Origin: Phyllosticta citribraziliensis
Lineage: Eukaryota
Length of the DNA stretch: 64,000 nucleotides
NCBI RefSeq assembly: GCF_038025025.1
Contig: NW_027117342.1
Coordinates: forward strand, 1,116,001-1,180,000
Direction of reading: 5' to 3'
Shown here: positions 26,671 to 38,433 of the stretch, in pieces
How the letters are laid out: each line of letters starts with the position of its first letter
Position numbering within the stretch: the stretch's first letter is position 1
Translations under genes and position numbers: made by a program
Notes under the pieces: model-generated
What the model saw: only the letters and a program-made list of their open reading frames with translations
Databases searched by the model: none
Told to the model about the DNA's origin: nothing

Positions 26671-27932
26671 AGCAAAGTGGGCAAGGCGAGTCCCAGAATG
26701 TTTCCCTTGCCAGTCTTGCTGCGTCCTGGACAATCAGGCAGTGCGGTCGAATCGGAGTGTTGTTGATGGCACGCGGGCACTAGGCAGGTACCTGGGTGGT
26801 GAAATCGAGTCGCATTTCCGCAATGAGAGAGGGTTGGGAGAGTCGGACGCCACCGCCGTGTTCACTGCATCGTCGCGAAGGTTGGAAGAGGCCAAATGTG
26901 TTGCCTGGGGATTGTGAGTTGAGCGTGTAGGTAGGTCAGGTCCCATGGGGCAGAGGGTCTTCCGTTTGCTGGTGCGCTTATGTCATTGCCCCCACAGGCC
27001 CACTCTCTTTATCCTCCAGCTTTACGCTCCGATGCTGGAGAGCAACAGTCGCAGCACACACAAGCACAAGTTCAGCCCTGCGCAAGTTATCTGAATGCTC
27101 CCTATCAATCATCTTCTAAGGTGTATGAATGCTCCCTAGTATTTAGCGCGTGCCACGGCTTTTGCGACCAAGCCTTTTGCCCTGCAAAAAGACCGACCTG
27201 CTTCGATGACTTCGACCACATCTAACCACAGCTTTGGAACATCGCCATCGCCATCAATCATGCCAATCAAGTCTTCAATTTAACCAAGTATTCAATCCTA
27301 TGACACCGTATCATTGCTGCTGATGCTACCACCAGTCTCACCCTGCTTGCAAGTAAACGCTTCTGGCAAACGGTCGCTCAACTTAGCGCATCTGACTTGC
27401 GTGAGAGTCGAACGCGAATGCGAGGACGAACATAATGCTTGGAGCCTTCCTGAACGTTCCACGCGTACATCTACCGCAAGCGGCCTGTATCGTTGCCGTC
27501 AAAGTGCAAACTTGCCTTCCAACGGACTCCTATCTCCAAGGGCCCTACTGCGTCGTCAACTGCCGAGACGACCATGTCGGCTACGGCCAGCTAAATGCTT
27601 AGCGTACTCAAGGCTCGGAACAATCCTGACAACCACTCCGATCCAGTTGTGCGCGATGCAGCGAACTTGAGACGATCGGGACCTAGAGTAGGACCAAATA
27701 TGGGACAGGCTTTGATCTCAAGCAGTTCTGATCTCAAGCTTTCAGATACCCGGTCTTGTATTTGCGTTGAATTCTGGGTGGAAAATTCGTCTCCCCGCGC
27801 GTACTACTTGGAGTTGGTCAGCAAGTATGGTTTATCGGATTGCAGCCACCTGCATCAAAGCGCTCTCTCGACTCTTCCTTGTCTCAAGCGCTTTCTACTG
27901 TTAAAAAGAGGAGCAATGATTGATTGTTGCTG

Positions 27933-27974
27933 CCCTCCGCAGGTCCCTCCGCAGGTCCCTCCGCAGGTCCCTCC
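27933..27974 (+). repeat. 12-bp tandem repeat CCCTCCGCAGGT x3.5
   Basis: Perfect copies at 27933, 27945, 27957 and a partial copy at 27969. Confidence 0.9.
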
Positions 27975-30165
27975 ACGGCACGTGCCCTCAGGATCATCTA
28001 TGGCCATGTTGATTCGTTGGACTTGAGTAGCGAAAAACTTTGCCTGCTCTTAAAAACAAAGACACGAGTATTAAGAATCCAAAAACTAACTTTTCCCCAC
28101 TAAGATCCCGGTAAAGATCCTGCAGCTGCTTCGACAGTCAATGGTGTACTGTCTCTTCATCGACCACGGCACTGCCCGAAAAGAGGCGCCTAGAAGCAAG
28201 AGCTAGGGATTCCTTGAGTGGCGGAAAAGGCTGCATTTGAAAGGTGTCATAGACCGGGCTGAGTGACGAGCGTCGGGGCACACAGGCATGGTCCGAGAGA
28301 GTTGCATCTTGAACGCTCCAGATTGTCGCCCTATGTGCATGCATCAAAGCTCCTGGATGCTATGGATCGAGGCGGCTTGAATACTTCCTGTTGACGGCCA
28401 GTCAAAGCACGCATTTCCCCGTCTACTCCCTTGGTACTCCTCACTGTGTGCGTGATACAGCTTTTGGCACCAAGCCTTTGGCAAAAGCAAGTATTTCAGG
28501 TCGGGGCGACAGTGGTCGCCACGTTTCTGGACCCGCCGTTGAGTGTCAGCTCAGACCTTGCACTCGCACTGTACGAAATGCCTCGCAGGCAAAACGGCTG
28601 CGGCAGTACACGCGATAGCGAGAGATAAGGGTGTAGGGCCAGCCTACGACAGCTGTCGACAGCACCCGCACCACGAGAATGCGGGTCGCCAGCGGATTGG
28701 AATCTGGGGAGGACGAACGCTCAAGCTTCAGGAACAATTTCCATGACGAGCAAAGATCAACAAGGCAGGATTCTGCAGCACAACACATGGGATAGCCGGA
28801 AGCGACCGCCGCGGAGTTTTGCACAGTAACAGCCGAGCGCTTCAAAGGGATGCTTTGCAGATCCAGATCAAAGTGATTGGCTCGCTGCAAGCTGCGGTGT
28901 AACTGCTAGCACCAAACCAGCAACCCGGCGTCAGGCCCCCGGCATTCCTTGGAGACCCCATGGGGTCAACTCCACGCTGAAGAACGAAATCCCCAGAGAC
29001 CCACTCGGACATGGCCGATGAAAGACCACTCGGCGTACCGTTGAACATCATATGACCTGGCGGCCAGACGCCATATCTTCGAAAAATTCACGCTTCTAGC
29101 CTAGCTCGGACCATTATCGTGGCTGAAAGCGGCGGTTTAGCCGCCAGACGCCACGCCGAGCCTTGAAAGATGTGTGGTAGCTTGACAGGCTTGTTGTCAC
29201 GACGCTCTCCAAGCCAACGAAAGGGCCAGATTTACTTTGTACCTCGTGTCTACTGCTGACGGCGCCCAGCATTACACATGGCTGCCTGGGTACTCGTCTG
29301 CCTCGTCAACACAAGCAACAGCCGACATGCATGGGTACGGGAAGAGTATGTTTGTCACTCTGATATCAAGCAATGACAAGAGTGGGACCGAAGCCTTGAG
29401 GCATCTCCAAGCTCATCATGGCGCGATACCAAGCCCAGGACTGCGAATGTGGTCGACGCCAAGATCAAAGGGAAAATGCGGAGAAGGACTGGTGAGGGTC
29501 AAAGCTTCGGGCTGGGGCAAGAGCTGAGGCTTTCAAGACATGCAGTCATTGGTTCAACCCTATCAGTTTTTCGACGCTACACGGGGCCCTGTTCGCCTCG
29601 CTGGGCCCAGGCGTTTTTACATGCACATTTCTGGCTAGATTCCGAGAGCCACACGAGCCTCTTGGCCGTTTGCACCACCTTGGCCCGAGTAAAGTCGATA
29701 TGAGCGGATGACGGAGCAACACCAGTCATTGATCTGCTACACAGGTTAGCGGAGCAGTTATCTGCCTCGTCACGCGCACGGTCATAGATGGTATAGTGAG
29801 ATTGTGGTTGCGGCGTCAGCCACCCTTGCCATCAGTCCGGCCTCCCGTCGATGCAACCATGCATCCGGCTGTTGTACGGCGAGTATATAGAGTACTTGCA
29901 CGTCCCGGTTGAATTCTGTCTTTTCTACTACCCAGCCAGCCTCATCTCCATCTGTTCTACCGTTCCTGGTGATTCGGTATACATCTAGACCGGAAGCAGG
30001 TGACCAGGTGACACGCCAAAACCGACCCTCTGAAGAACTCTTTGTCTCTATACAGCTCTTCACGTGGAACACGACGTCACTGGAAGACGCAAATAAAGAC
30101 TCTCCACTGAAGATAAAATCCAAGGCTGCCCACTAAGACAACGCCATCAATCAATCGCAACCACC

Positions 30166-32499
30166 ATGGCGGATACCTTTATCGAAAAAGCGACAGCCGA
30201 GCATATCGACGCCGACGAGCGCGCTTCGGAAGATGTCAACCTCAACAGCAATGTCGAAGCAAAGTAAGAATTCATCTGCCAGCTAATGAATGCTCCCAAT
30301 GCTAAACTCATCCAAGAATCAAGAACCCCCTTGCCGGCCTTTCCAAGAGCCTCCTCCTGGCGCAGGTCGAGGACTTTGCCAAGGAGAAGAACATGGTCGA
30401 CAAGGTAGATCTCTTGAAAAAGGGTGCTCTTGTCGCTCAGAACCCCAGCGAGTTTGAAACGATTGAAGGCCTGTCCGATGATGAGAGGTCTGCGCTTCTC
30501 CGGGAGGTCACTCACAAGTGTACGTATACTCCCAAGTCGCTGCACGAATCATGACAGCGGTTACGCTGTCGCCCCCGGCTTGTTTGAACAGGAAAGATGG
30601 GGTGCTGACGCGTGGTCCACGCGTTGGTGGTCGAATTCCCGCGCCACCGCCCCCCAACCCTTGACCTCCCAACCCCTACCCCTGACCCCATCACTATTCT
30701 TCATGATCAACTGACGGTTCCTGAGTACTCTTGCTTGCGCTTTAATGTGTCTTTCCAGTCGTTGAGCCGGAAAAATTGAAGATTGGCTCAAACCTCATCA
30801 GTGAAGTCCTTTTGGCTAATGTTTTCCAGGGCATCAACCCACAACACTCTATTTCACCGTTATTCTCTGCTCCATAGGCGCTGCCGTGCAGGGCTGGGAT
30901 CAGACTGGGTCCAACGGTGCTAATTTATCATTTCCTGTGGCCTTTGGCATCCCTGATAGTAAATATCTGGATGATGCAAAGACAATTCCCAACCCAGACT
31001 ATGAAAAGAACCTCTGGCTTGTCGGTGTCATCAACGCAGCGCCCTACATTGCTTCAGCGTTTCTGGGATGCTGGCTCTCGGATCCATTGAACAACTGGTT
31101 TGGCCGCCGGGGCACCATTTTCTTCTCTGCCATCTTTTGCTTGCTGCCCGTCATCGGCTCAGCTGTAGCCCAAACGTGGCAGGAGCTCTTCGTTACTCGT
31201 CTCCTTTTGGGCATCGGCATGGGCTCAAAGGCATCTACAATCCCAATTTATGCGGCAGAGAACGTACCGGCACTCATTCGAGGAGGTCTTGGTCAGTCAT
31301 CCCCCGCACCCCTGACAGTGTTCTTCGGCTGACAGACTCCCCCGACAGTCATGAGCTGGCAAATGTGGACAGCTTTTGGCATCTTCCTCGGTTTCTGCGC
31401 CAATCTCGCCGTGTACAATACTGGAGACATTGCGTGGAGGTTGCAGCTGGGCTCTGCCTTTATCCCGGCGGTCCCCCTCGTTGTCGGCATCTACTTTTGT
31501 CCCGAGTCTCCCCGCTGGCTCATGAAGAAAGGACGCTACTCGGAAGCCTTCAAGTCCTTGTGCCGCCTGCGCAATACTCCACTCCAAGCCGCCCGCGACC
31601 TGTACTACGTCCACGCCCAACTCCTCGTCGAGGCGGACATCATCGGCAAGTCCAACTACGTGACGCGCTTCATTGAGCTCTTCACCATTCCCCGCGTCCG
31701 CCGTGCGACCTTGGCGTCGTTTGTCGTCATGCTTGCCCAGCAAATGTGCGGCATCAACATCATGGCCTTTTACTCGTCGACAATCTTCTCGCTGGCGGGC
31801 GGAACCAACCTGACGTCGCTCCTCGCGTCGTTCGGCTTCGGTCTCGTCAACTTCGTCTTCGCGTTCCCGGCCATCTGGACCATCGACACCTTCGGCCGCC
31901 GCAACCTGCTCCTCTTCACGTTCCCGCAGATGGCGTGGACGCTCCTTGCCGGCGGCTTCTGCTTCTACATTCCGGAGAGCAGCAGGGCGCATCTGGGCAT
32001 GATCGCCTTCTTCATCTTCCTGTTCGCGGCCTTTTACTCGCCCGGCGAGGGCCCCGTGCCCTTCACTTACAGCGCCGAAGTGTTCCCCCTGACGCATCGC
32101 GAGGTCGGCATGGCGTGGGCCGTGGCGACCTGCCTGGGCTGGGCGGCAGTGCTGTCCATCACGTTCCCTCGCATGCTGGCCGTCATGACGCCCACCGGCG
32201 CTTTCGGCTTCTACGCCGCGCTCAACGTGACGGCGCTCGTCATGATCTTCCTGTGGGTGCCCGAGACCAAGCAGCGCACGCTCGAGGAGCTCGATTACGT
32301 GTTTGCTGTCCCCACCCGCAAGCACATGCACTACCAGGTCACCAAGGCCCTGCCCTACTTTGTCAAGCGCTGGGTCCTCCGGCAAAAGAATGCCACGCTC
32401 GAGCCTCTCTACCACTTTGATGAGCATGTCGCTGGCGCAACTGTGGCGCCTGCCGTCACGCTGAGGGGGAACAGCAAGGTGTCGGAGGATGAGAAGTAG
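30166..32499 (+). CDS. MFS sugar-porter family transporter (polyol/myo-inositol/pentose-type)
   Basis: [16 protein letters not shown] x2, [25 protein letters not shown]; introns 30264-30316, 30520-30829, 31292-31348. Confidence 0.92.
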
Positions 32500-33303
32500 T
32501 CGCTGGAGAACAGTAGAGTGTCAGAGAGCGGGGAGGTAGTCGCAGCATTGTTTGGTAGAACATGCGCGGTGCGGTGCGCCCGCCGCCGGCTACGGAGTTG
32601 GCTAGACGTGGAGACTCGCGTTCAGGCTTGATTTCTTTGATACACAGACAGATAGTCACGCGGTGCCATTCACGAATGGCTCACGCGAATGAGTAATGCA
32701 CCAATTTGCAGACACTGAAGAATCCACAACAAACACGTGTGATGGTCGAGGAATGTAATGAAGTCTGGACTACACCATCGAAATGCATTTGGCGCAATCT
32801 CAAGGTCGCATGCGCAGCGTGGAGAGCGCGTGTCCATAACTGACGTCAGACGAGCAGCATTTGACTTGCGGCAGTTTGGCTCAGGATCAGAGTCGAATTG
32901 GCTGTGGGAGACAAACAGAACTGGTAGGAACTGAAGGGGACTAGACAAAGTCTTCAAGACCCAGCCTCCCTCTCTCCGCATAATTACCAGCTCATAAGAA
33001 GAAATCACTTTACCACACTTGCAATACTGAGGACTTCGCCGACTACGCGCTTGTACACAACCCCGGCACCTCTTTTTCTTGAGTGTCCAATGGGAGAGAT
33101 GAAATTGAGATGATGGATAGATGCTCATGCCCCGTGGATATGCCCCGTGCCCCGTAGATGATGGTGCCTTACCGACCCGTACCACCGATTACCTACATAC
33201 CCTGTTGTGACATCTCGTCCGAGCCGCATCGACCGACGCCGTGGCCTTCCTCTACCTCTATCCGACAAAAAAGATCCTACCGCACGCCCTCTCTTATGTC
33301 AAC

Positions 33304-33991
33304 CTAAAACACCTTGCCGCCCTCATCGGCCATAGCCGTCAAGCGCTCCTCAATCTCCTCGACTTCCTCCTCGCTCCCAATCTCAATGATGCGATTGACC
33401 TCCGCGGTATTGCGCAGCAGCTCCTTGGCGCCGGCGTACAGCATCTTGAGCTCGGCGTTGCACGTCTCGGGCAGGTAGTTGAGCATGACGTAGGGCACCG
33501 ACAGGCGGCCCGACGGCAGCGTCAGCGGGTACGACAGCAGCACGAAGCGCGGCGAGTGGTCCGGCAGCGCGTCGGCCAGGTCTTGCAGGTTCGTGTACAC
33601 GTCGGGCGAGGCGGGCGCGATTTCGAGCGTCTTCTTGTCGATTTGGTCTGTGTGTGGAGGCGCGCTCGCGGGCGCGCAAGGGTCAGCTACGAGTAGTCCC
33701 TGAGAAGTGTATTTCTTGGTGTTGCGTCATGGCGTCTACATACGGGGTGGGGTGTTGGGATGGTGGTGGGGTACGGCGCGCGAGCAGGAGGATAGAAGCA
33801 GATGCGGCGAGCATACAAACGACGGCCTGGGGGTCTTTGGCGCGGCTGGTGCCCAGCCTAAACTTGCGCAGCTTGTCCTTGGTGTCGGGCGAAAAAGTGT
33901 AGAGCCTAGCTTCGGAGGCCTCTCTGGGCGTTAGCATGAGGGCGATCGGCGTGGGTGGTGCGGGAGATGATGACAATAAGACACTGACCAT
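33304..33991 (-). CDS. aim7: Glia maturation factor (ADF-H/cofilin superfamily, Arp2/3 debranching; Aim7/GMF)
   Basis: M|ASEARLYTFSPDTKDKLRKFRLGTSRAKDPQAVV|Y..LPDHSPRFVLLSYP..MLYAGAKEL; introns 33920-33988, 33648-33816. Confidence 0.88.
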
Positions 33992-34317
33992 GTTGCGGAC
34001 CTGCTCCTGGGCGAGACAAAATTTTCAAGCGATGGGGTTTGATTGCTGCGCAGTGGTGTCGTGTGCAGGTCGACAACAGAGCTCCAGGCAGTATCCGTGA
34101 AGATGCCAAGCGGTCAAGATGGATGGAAAGATGTCATGATGCGGGGTGGGGTGGGCAGCCGACCTGACCCCTGGCTGCGCTGCGAGACCCACGCCCGACA
34201 CCAGCCAATGAATGACTCGCTCTCATCGTTGCCGGCAATCGACAGCCGACGAGACAGGCCTCCATCTCTCTCAACACCACTTGACCCATCCACCCGCTCC
34301 TCCGACGCTCATCTGTA

Positions 34318-35383
34318 ATGTTCGCTAGGTTGAACCAGCTCGCTCGACACCTGTCCCGCCCGTTGCCCAACTACGCCCATCGCTCCGCCGCCGCTTCGCC
34401 CGCAAGATTGACCCCATCAGGAATCTTGAGCGGGATACAGACGTCATCGGTCATGGCCACCACCAACGCACAAGGAAAGAGCATGATCCACACGGCAGCC
34501 TGTCTGATCATAGGCGACGAGGTGCTGGGCGGCAAGGTGAGCTCCGCAACGTTGCCATTGGCGCTGCCAGTCTTGTTGACTGAACGAACCCACGGCTTGA
34601 TGGCAGACTGTCGACACCAACTCGGCCTACTTTGCCAAATTCTGCTTCAACCTCGGCATCGCGCTCAAGCGCATCGAGGTCATTGCCGATGACGAGGATG
34701 AAATCGTCGAGGCGACGCGGCGCATGTCCAAAAACTACGATTTCGTCGTGACCAGCGGCGGCATCGGGCCCACGCACGACGACATCACATACCAATCAAT
34801 TGCCAAGGCATTCGCGCTGCCATTGGTGCTTCACGACGAAGCGTTTTCGCGGATGAAGAAGCTGTCACGGCCGCATCCGTCGCAGCCAGACTTCAGCTGG
34901 GACAAGCCGTCGGCGGCGCTCACGGCGAAGAAGCGCATGGTGGAGCTGCCGTACGACGACAAAAAGGCAGACGCGGATCAGGTCGTCTTTGTTGACGACG
35001 GGCTGTGGGTGCCGATTGCCGTGGTCAACGGCAACGTACACATCCTGCCGGGAGTGCCACGGCTGTTTGAGCGGTTGCTGGAGGGGCTGAAGCCGCAGCT
35101 GCTGCCGCGACTGACGGACCCCGAGGGCAAAGGGGTGCATAGACTTACATTTTCGACGCCCATGGCGGAGAGCGCGATTGCGGGATACCTGAGTGAGCTG
35201 GCGGCCAAGGTGTCGGCCAAGGGGGTCAAGGTGGGCAGCTATCCTCGGTGGGGCAAGGCTCACAATACGGTGACGCTCGTGGGACGCGACCTGGAGTACA
35301 TGGAGAGCCTAGCCGGGGAAGTGGAGCAGGCGGTGCAGGGCAGAAGGGTGTCGGTCGAGGGCGAGGACAGCGAAGCCGAGTGA
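34318..35383 (+). CDS. Molybdopterin-binding (MoCF/CinA N-terminal) domain protein, FAD pyrophosphatase Fpy1-like
   Basis: ACLIIGDEVLGGK|TVDTNS, VVTSGGIGPTHDDIT, ILPGVP, GSYPRW; intron 34537-34605. Confidence 0.85.
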
Positions 35384-35602
35384 GGGCATGTAGCGGTGGC
35401 ACCGGTCGTTGCGAATTGGAAGCGATGGCCAGTCCAGAAGCCGAGGGGATCCCCTGGCAGTGCAGCACGGGAGTGGTACCCGCTGGCTGCATGGCGTGGC
35501 GTGGCGTGGCGGGCGGGCGTGCATCTGGCATCAGCAACATGACGGATGAAGTCGTCGCCATGGATGAGTATTGTACAGAGATGATTACTTTTGGCTGTTT
35601 GT

Positions 35603-35660
35603 GGGATGGGATGGGATGGGATGGGATGGATTGGGGATTGGGTTCATTGGGGTTGGGCTG
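35603..35660 (+). repeat. (GGGAT)5 microsatellite followed by further G-runs
   Basis: Five GGGAT units at 35603-35627, then GGGG/GGG tracts. Confidence 0.85.
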
Positions 35661-36511
35661 GCGGTGCTAAGGCGGCGGCTTCATGATGCCAGGACCAAGC
35701 GGCGGTACCTACATGTACAGTACAGCACCTGTGCGTTTGCAGAGAGCCGAGAGAGAGTGAGGTCCCTACGGTATGTAGTTATCCGTACGTACTATGTATG
35801 TAGTCGTAGTCGTGTTCTGGCGCCTTGTCGCTGCTCTGTCTGGCCTGCTTTGGCTGCTGTCCCACGTCTCGTCTCGTCTCGTCTCGTCCCGCCCGCCCTC
35901 CCTCGGCGAATTGGACTAGACGCAAAGCAGAAAGCACAAAACAATCCGTGGACCATCGTCCCATCGCGTCCAGTCTTATCGAACGCTGTGGCCATCACTC
36001 AATTAACTGACTGAACATCGACAAAGCAAAGATCGCTTTCCCACCGCCCAACCTGTCGACCCCCCGACGCGCAGAGCTCCAACCTCCCGCCGCCTGAATC
36101 CGCCGCCTTTCCCTTCCTCTCACTCTCGCTCGCTCGCTCGCTCCCTTCTCTCTCTCTCTCCTCTCTCTCCTCCTCCGTCTTCCCTCCCTCACGACCACCA
36201 CACCCACCACTACCCCGAGGCCTCTCCATCCCGCCGCAGCCATCGACCTCTGCTGCTCAGAATAAAAAAACTTCTCTGCCAAAGAATCCCCTCCCGCCGC
36301 TCCGACCCTGTGCTCGTCGTGTGCGTGTGCCGCTCGACGCTTCCGCTCTTTTCGCACCACACTTGTCGCGCCTCCTCCACCATCCCCTCCCCCCCTCCCC
36401 CTCAAAGCGCGACCACCCTTTTAGCGACTCTGGTCTACGCCCGACACCACTACCGCCGCCGCGCATCCCGCATCCACTCCTCATCCCTTCGCACCCCGAT
36501 CATCGTCCACA

Positions 36512-37403
36512 ATGGCCTCCAAGGTACCGCCGCCACCCCCCTGTGCCACACCGCTCCCAATTGCAATCCCATGGCTGACCCACCCGGCCCGCTGCAGTTT
36601 CTCCGAGAATACAAGCTGGTCGTAGTAGGAGGCGGAGGTGTTGGTAAATCCTGCTTGACTATACAGCTCATTCAGAGCCACTTCGTAGACGAGTACGACC
36701 CCACGATCGAAGGTACGTCCGTCGGCCCATGACACCATGCTCCTCCGATCCACCGCCTAACCCGACGTGCCTGTGTCGCAGACTCGTACCGCAAGCAATG
36801 CGTCATCGACGACGAGGTCGCCCTTCTCGACGTGCTCGACACGGCTGGCCAGGAAGAATACTCGGCCATGCGCGAGCAGTACATGCGGACCGGCGAGGGC
36901 TTCCTGCTCGTCTACTCGATAACGTCGCGGCAATCATTTGAGGAAATCATCACCTTCCAACAGCAGATTCTGCGTGTCAAGGACAAGGACTATTTCCCCA
37001 TCATTGTCGTCGGTAACAAGTGCGATTTGGAGGCCGAGAGGCAGGTGTCAACAGAAGGTGCGTTTCCCCCCTCCTCCCCGCTCCCCCTCGTCCCTCGTCC
37101 CTCGTCCCTCGTCCCTCGCCCGCCAGCCCCCACAGGAATGCTGATGCGTCTGGACACCAAACAGAGGGCCAAAATCTGGCCAAGCAATTCGGCTGCAAGT
37201 TCCTCGAAACCTCGGCCAAATCGCGCGTCAACGTAGACAATGCCTTTTACGACCTCGTCAGAGAGATTAGGCGATACAACAGGGAGATGTCGTCGTACGG
37301 CTCAGGCGCCCCGGCGGCAGGCGGCAACGGGCCGTCCGGCAAGATGGAAATGGACGGCGACAATGAGAACAAAGGCTGCTGCAGCGCTTGCATCATCATG
37401 TAA
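36512..37403 (+). CDS. ras1: Ras small GTPase (RasA/Ras1)
   Basis: [39 protein letters not shown]-terminal [12 protein letters not shown]; introns 36524-36597, 36713-36781, 37058-37164. Confidence 0.96.
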
Positions 37404-38411
37404 AAGGGACTTGCCTGCGAAGGCGACGACGACGTCTGCGGCGGCGGCAGCGACATGAAGCAGCCAGCACCAGCAACTTCAGGAACGACGACAACAAACA
37501 CGAAAGACCTATACCACCACCAACGATCCACCGTGCCGCACGTCTCACGCGTTATTTCTCTTGTTGGTTTTCTTTTTTTCTTCCTCTCTGGTTGGGAAAT
37601 TTGGGAACGGGACAGAGGAAGGGGATGGAGGCAGGAAAAATATCATTTGCATTGGCTCTGCTCTCTGCCTTGGCCTAGCCTTTTGGGGAGTAACTTTGCG
37701 GTCTGCGTTCTCAAAAACACCACCCACCACCACTACCACCACTACCACCCTCTACACAGAGGCGGCCATGTGCAAATCATGCGCAGCAGCGGCACTCTCG
37801 CTCTCAGAAGACCACGTCACCACCACCACCGCTACTATTTTTACTCGACTTTTCTTCTTCGCGTTTGTTTGGTTCCGTCACCCGGCGCAGTATTTTGGAC
37901 GGACGGGTGGTTGAAAGAAGAGCAAAGCTATCCCCCATTCCTGTCTTTCTGATCTTTTGTTTAGTCTAGAGGCAACTGTCCTCTTTTTTTCTTTCCTTTC
38001 TTTCAGACTCCGTCGCGTTCTTGCTCCTCACTGCTGGCACGACGGGCTAGTGGCTGTGTGGGCGAGAAAGAGGATTGTGCGACTGGACATGCAGGTTGGC
38101 TGGCAGGCAAGCAGGCAAGAAGGAGGCAGATAGGTAGGTAGGTAGGTAGATGAATCGGCGGTGCTGAGGTGCGTGTGCTGCGCGGCATTGCGGTATTTCA
38201 ACAGATTGCCTATTGTCATGGCGTGGACTGGACGGACGTGTGTGGATGTGTATTCGGTATATGTGTGTTTGTGGTGTTGTTGTGTCGTCATGGGGTTGTT
38301 GCGTCCATTTTGGGGGTCGGTGGAATGTACATGTGTCGTCTCACACAACACCATGTGCATTCCTGTCTGACATCTTCTTTCTCACCGTCCTTCTTTTCCC
38401 AAATTGGGGGG

Positions 38412-38433
38412 TTTTTTTTTTTTTTTTTTTTTT
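38412..38433 (+). repeat. Poly-T tract (22 nt)
   Basis: Direct reading. Confidence 0.95.

Noticed and set aside
31297..32427. 376-aa minus-strand ORF
   Set aside because: Antisense shadow of the GC3-rich transporter exon
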